From: Octopus vulgaris
Lineage: Eukaryota
Length of the DNA: 64,000 nucleotides
Direction of reading: 5' to 3'
Assembly (NCBI GenBank): GCA_951406725.2
Contig: OX597840.1
Coordinates: 24,552,001-24,616,000, forward strand
Positions within the stretch are counted from its first letter, which is position 1. Each line of letters begins with the position of its first letter. The notes under the pieces are model-generated. The model did not search any database, had not been told where the DNA came from, and saw only the letters and a list, made by a program, of their open reading frames with translations. The position numbers were made by a program, and so were the translations under genes. Positions 61,907 through 64,000 of this stretch are shown piece by piece.

Positions 61907-62806
61907 CTACCACGCTTCTATTTCAAACTTTTTAACGTTGTCAGTTGTTACAGCAGCCACGTGGAAATTGGTCGAACATCCATATTGCCCAGGATACAAA
62001 TTCGCAGCTTGCAATAAAAATTCATGAATCCCTTTGGGAGCAGGGCGGAAAGCTTGCATGAATTGATATCTAGCAACATATTGTTTTAAGAAACACGGTT
62101 TAATTCCAGGCCTTATCACGTTCCTCTTTAAGCTCCCCCAAAATCTTTCTATTGTCTGTGTATGAATAGATGGGTTTGCTGGATCGACAAAGTTCTGGCT
62201 GTGATTTATTTGGAAATGCTTGTAACCTAAACTATCTAGCCTATTATATACAGGCCAACAATCGCTATATACAGTTGAACCAGGATGAATGTTGCGTCTG
62301 ATTAATGGAATCAGTGTGGAAGAATCTCGCCTTTGAATTTCACAACATTCCGATGTCAGAGGTATCAAAAAATTTTTCTTGGAATCCCTTTCCATTCTGC
62401 CAAAGAGCCAAATAGTTTTCACAAGTCTCCCCCTGTTATATTTCCTCCTAACCAAGACTGTCTCATCTATTTCAACTGCGATCCCTGGCCCTCCAATTGG
62501 TGCTTGGGAATTTTCGACCCAATGAAGGCAGACTTCAGAGCAGAAAGACCTCCAATCAACAGACGTGGCAAGCGATATATCTAAATTGTCCATAACAGCT
62601 TGATGCGACCAACCTTCTGTTAAATGATTTATATACAAAAGAATTTTCCATGGGGGTAACCGACTCCACTCCAAAAAGGTGTTCTTAAATATCGAAACCG
62701 AAAAACCACATTCTGTTGCCTTTTGTCTTCTACGACGATCCATCTTCCTGCAACGAAATACATGTCCCATTTCGTAGAAATGTGAATTGCCCAACAAGCA
62801 ATTCAC
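61907..62806 (-). CDS. Merlin (IS1595/ISXO2-like) DDE transposase
   Basis: IGGPGIAVEIDET..RRKYNRGR, IHPGSTVYSDCW, INHS.NFVDP, HTQTIERFWGSLK. The 5' end of the ORF is uncertain. Confidence 0.85.
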   Translation of the reverse strand: MNCLLGNSHFYEMGHVFRCRKMDRRRRQKATECGFSVSIFKNTFLEWSRLPPWKILLYINHLTEGWSHQAVMDNLDISLATSVDWRSFCSEVCLHWVENSQAPIGGPGIAVEIDETVLVRRKYNRGRLVKTIWLFGRMERDSKKNFLIPLTSECCEIQRRDSSTLIPLIRRNIHPGSTVYSDCWPVYNRLDSLGYKHFQINHSQNFVDPANPSIHTQTIERFWGSLKRNVIRPGIKPCFLKQYVARYQFMQAFRPAPKGIHEFLLQAANLYPGQYGCSTNFHVAAVTTDNVKKFEIEAW

Positions 62807-62854
62807 TGTGTGTTCTACGAAACGGAACAGATATATTACTGGAAGAATGCGAAA

Positions 62855-63272
62855 AGACGATGATGGGGGTACACTCCAACATGGTGGAATCGTACCTAGA
62901 CGAATTTCTTTGGAAGGAGCAATAAGGGAAGTGTGGAAAGGAATGTCTTGAAAACATTCTGAAGCACCTTTCCGAACGTTTCACATTCAAGTGAATCAAA
63001 TGAACTGCAAGAACTGAGATATTCAATTTTCTACTTGCTGTTTGCTTTTTATTTACTTCAATTAATTTGTGTAAAAAAATGATATACATAAAAAATTTTT
63101 TTTTAAATCTTTGTTTATAAAAAAATTTTTATTTACTTCGTTTCCAAACATGTATCGCGCATGCGCCAATCTATTCATTAGCATATGCGCAAGTTGTAAG
63201 ATCGATTACTTACGACCAGCTAGCGGGGATGCGGGACTGAGTGCACCGGGACCACTGTTCACTAGTAGTACC
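62855..63272 (+). mobile_element. Merlin transposase C-terminal fragment plus right TIR
   Basis: GVHSNMVESYLDEFLWK..LENILKHLSE; TIR GAGTGCACCGGGACCACTGTTCACTAGTAGTACC (63239-63272). Confidence 0.65.
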
Positions 63273-63283
63273 GAAATACTTTG

Positions 63284-63328
<45 letters not shown>

Positions 63329-63378
63329 ATGGGAAAAAAAAGAAAAATTGCCCCCCACGAATATATACAATCAAGATT

Positions 63379-64000
63379 TTAAAATCTTGCAATCCCCTCT
63401 AACAGTTTTTCAAAAAGATCGCAACCTTCGTACCTTTTGCGCCACATAATTTCACAGAGACCGGAGTCAATCATAGAACTCTGCTTAACACAGGCCCAAG
63501 GGCCTTCCATCCGTGGCGACTTTGACTTTGACCGAGTGCCGTGCTTCTCCGCTTTATGGCGAAATTGATAACCCTCGATCTCCGGAATATGAGAGTAAGA
63601 TCTCCACAGATCACTAACGACCGTGGTTCCGGGGAGAACCGATTGGCGGATGCATTCTTCGAGTGTGTCGCGATCCCGACATGTTATTGTATAGAGAAAA
63701 ACCTGCTTGGCCTTGCGACACACTCCTTTATAGACCCACTGGTGGGGCGGCCGACCTCCAAGTCTACATTTCCTCCTCGAGAAGACTGTCTCGTCTATCT
63801 CGACAACCTTCCCAGGACCACCTATCTGAACTGGGTTGAGGAGTAAGTCCTCTGCACAGACTTCTCTCAAACAGCTGGTGTAGTCAACAGCTGCAGTGTG
63901 ACTCACACCCAGCTCGTCATAACAATAACGTATCGTGGTCAGCTTCTTGACCCAAGAATACAAGAAAAGGAGGATAGTTCGCAGAGGAAGCGAGGTGCCT
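63379..64000 (-). pseudogene. Second Merlin-type transposase, degenerate, running off the window edge
   Basis: IGGPGKVVEIDETVFSRRK, VLPGTTVVSDLWRSY; the NH..HTQ.IE region is degraded. Confidence 0.75.

Noticed and set aside
61907-64000. Bacterial IS1595 contamination or horizontal transfer
   Set aside because: Motifs fit eukaryotic Merlin elements and matching MITEs are embedded in the host ZNF introns.

Overview
Eukaryotic, AT-rich, repeat-dense genomic DNA, most likely from an octopus (coleoid cephalopod). This assignment is inferred from the [10 protein letters not shown]-type finger arrays and the SINE/RTE repertoire, not from a database search. The first ~46 kb hold a cluster of six paralogous effector-less C2H2 zinc-finger genes: ZNF-1 and ZNF-2 on +, ZNF-3 to ZNF-6 on -. 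All share one inferred architecture: a short non-coding exon 1 with a GTAAGT donor, a ~1.7-2.6 kb intron, and one large exon carrying the 5'UTR, finger array and 3'UTR. ZNF-5 has lost its acceptor and ATG by deletion. The genes arose by segmental duplication and sit among tRNA-derived SINEs, RTE/CR1 LINE fragments, Helitron remnants, Merlin-type MITEs with 8-9 bp TSDs, a mariner fragment and an internally deleted Ty3/gypsy element. The last ~11 kb contain two tandem L1/Tx1-like LINEs and several Merlin (IS1595/ISXO2-like) transposase fragments. Most notable observations: (i) in-frame amber codons at the same TGEKP-linker position in two paralogs, each followed by one more intact finger, a candidate A-to-I UAG->UGG finger-number switch; (ii) a minimal type-I hammerhead ribozyme motif at the apex of a hairpin; (iii) a LINE sharing its 3' tail with a local SINE, with both LINE copies ending at a tRNA-SINE B-box sequence; (iv) recurrent de novo fold-back palindromes; (v) a start codon apparently created by a frameshift. 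All functional interpretations are hypotheses, and percent identities quoted are estimates by eye.
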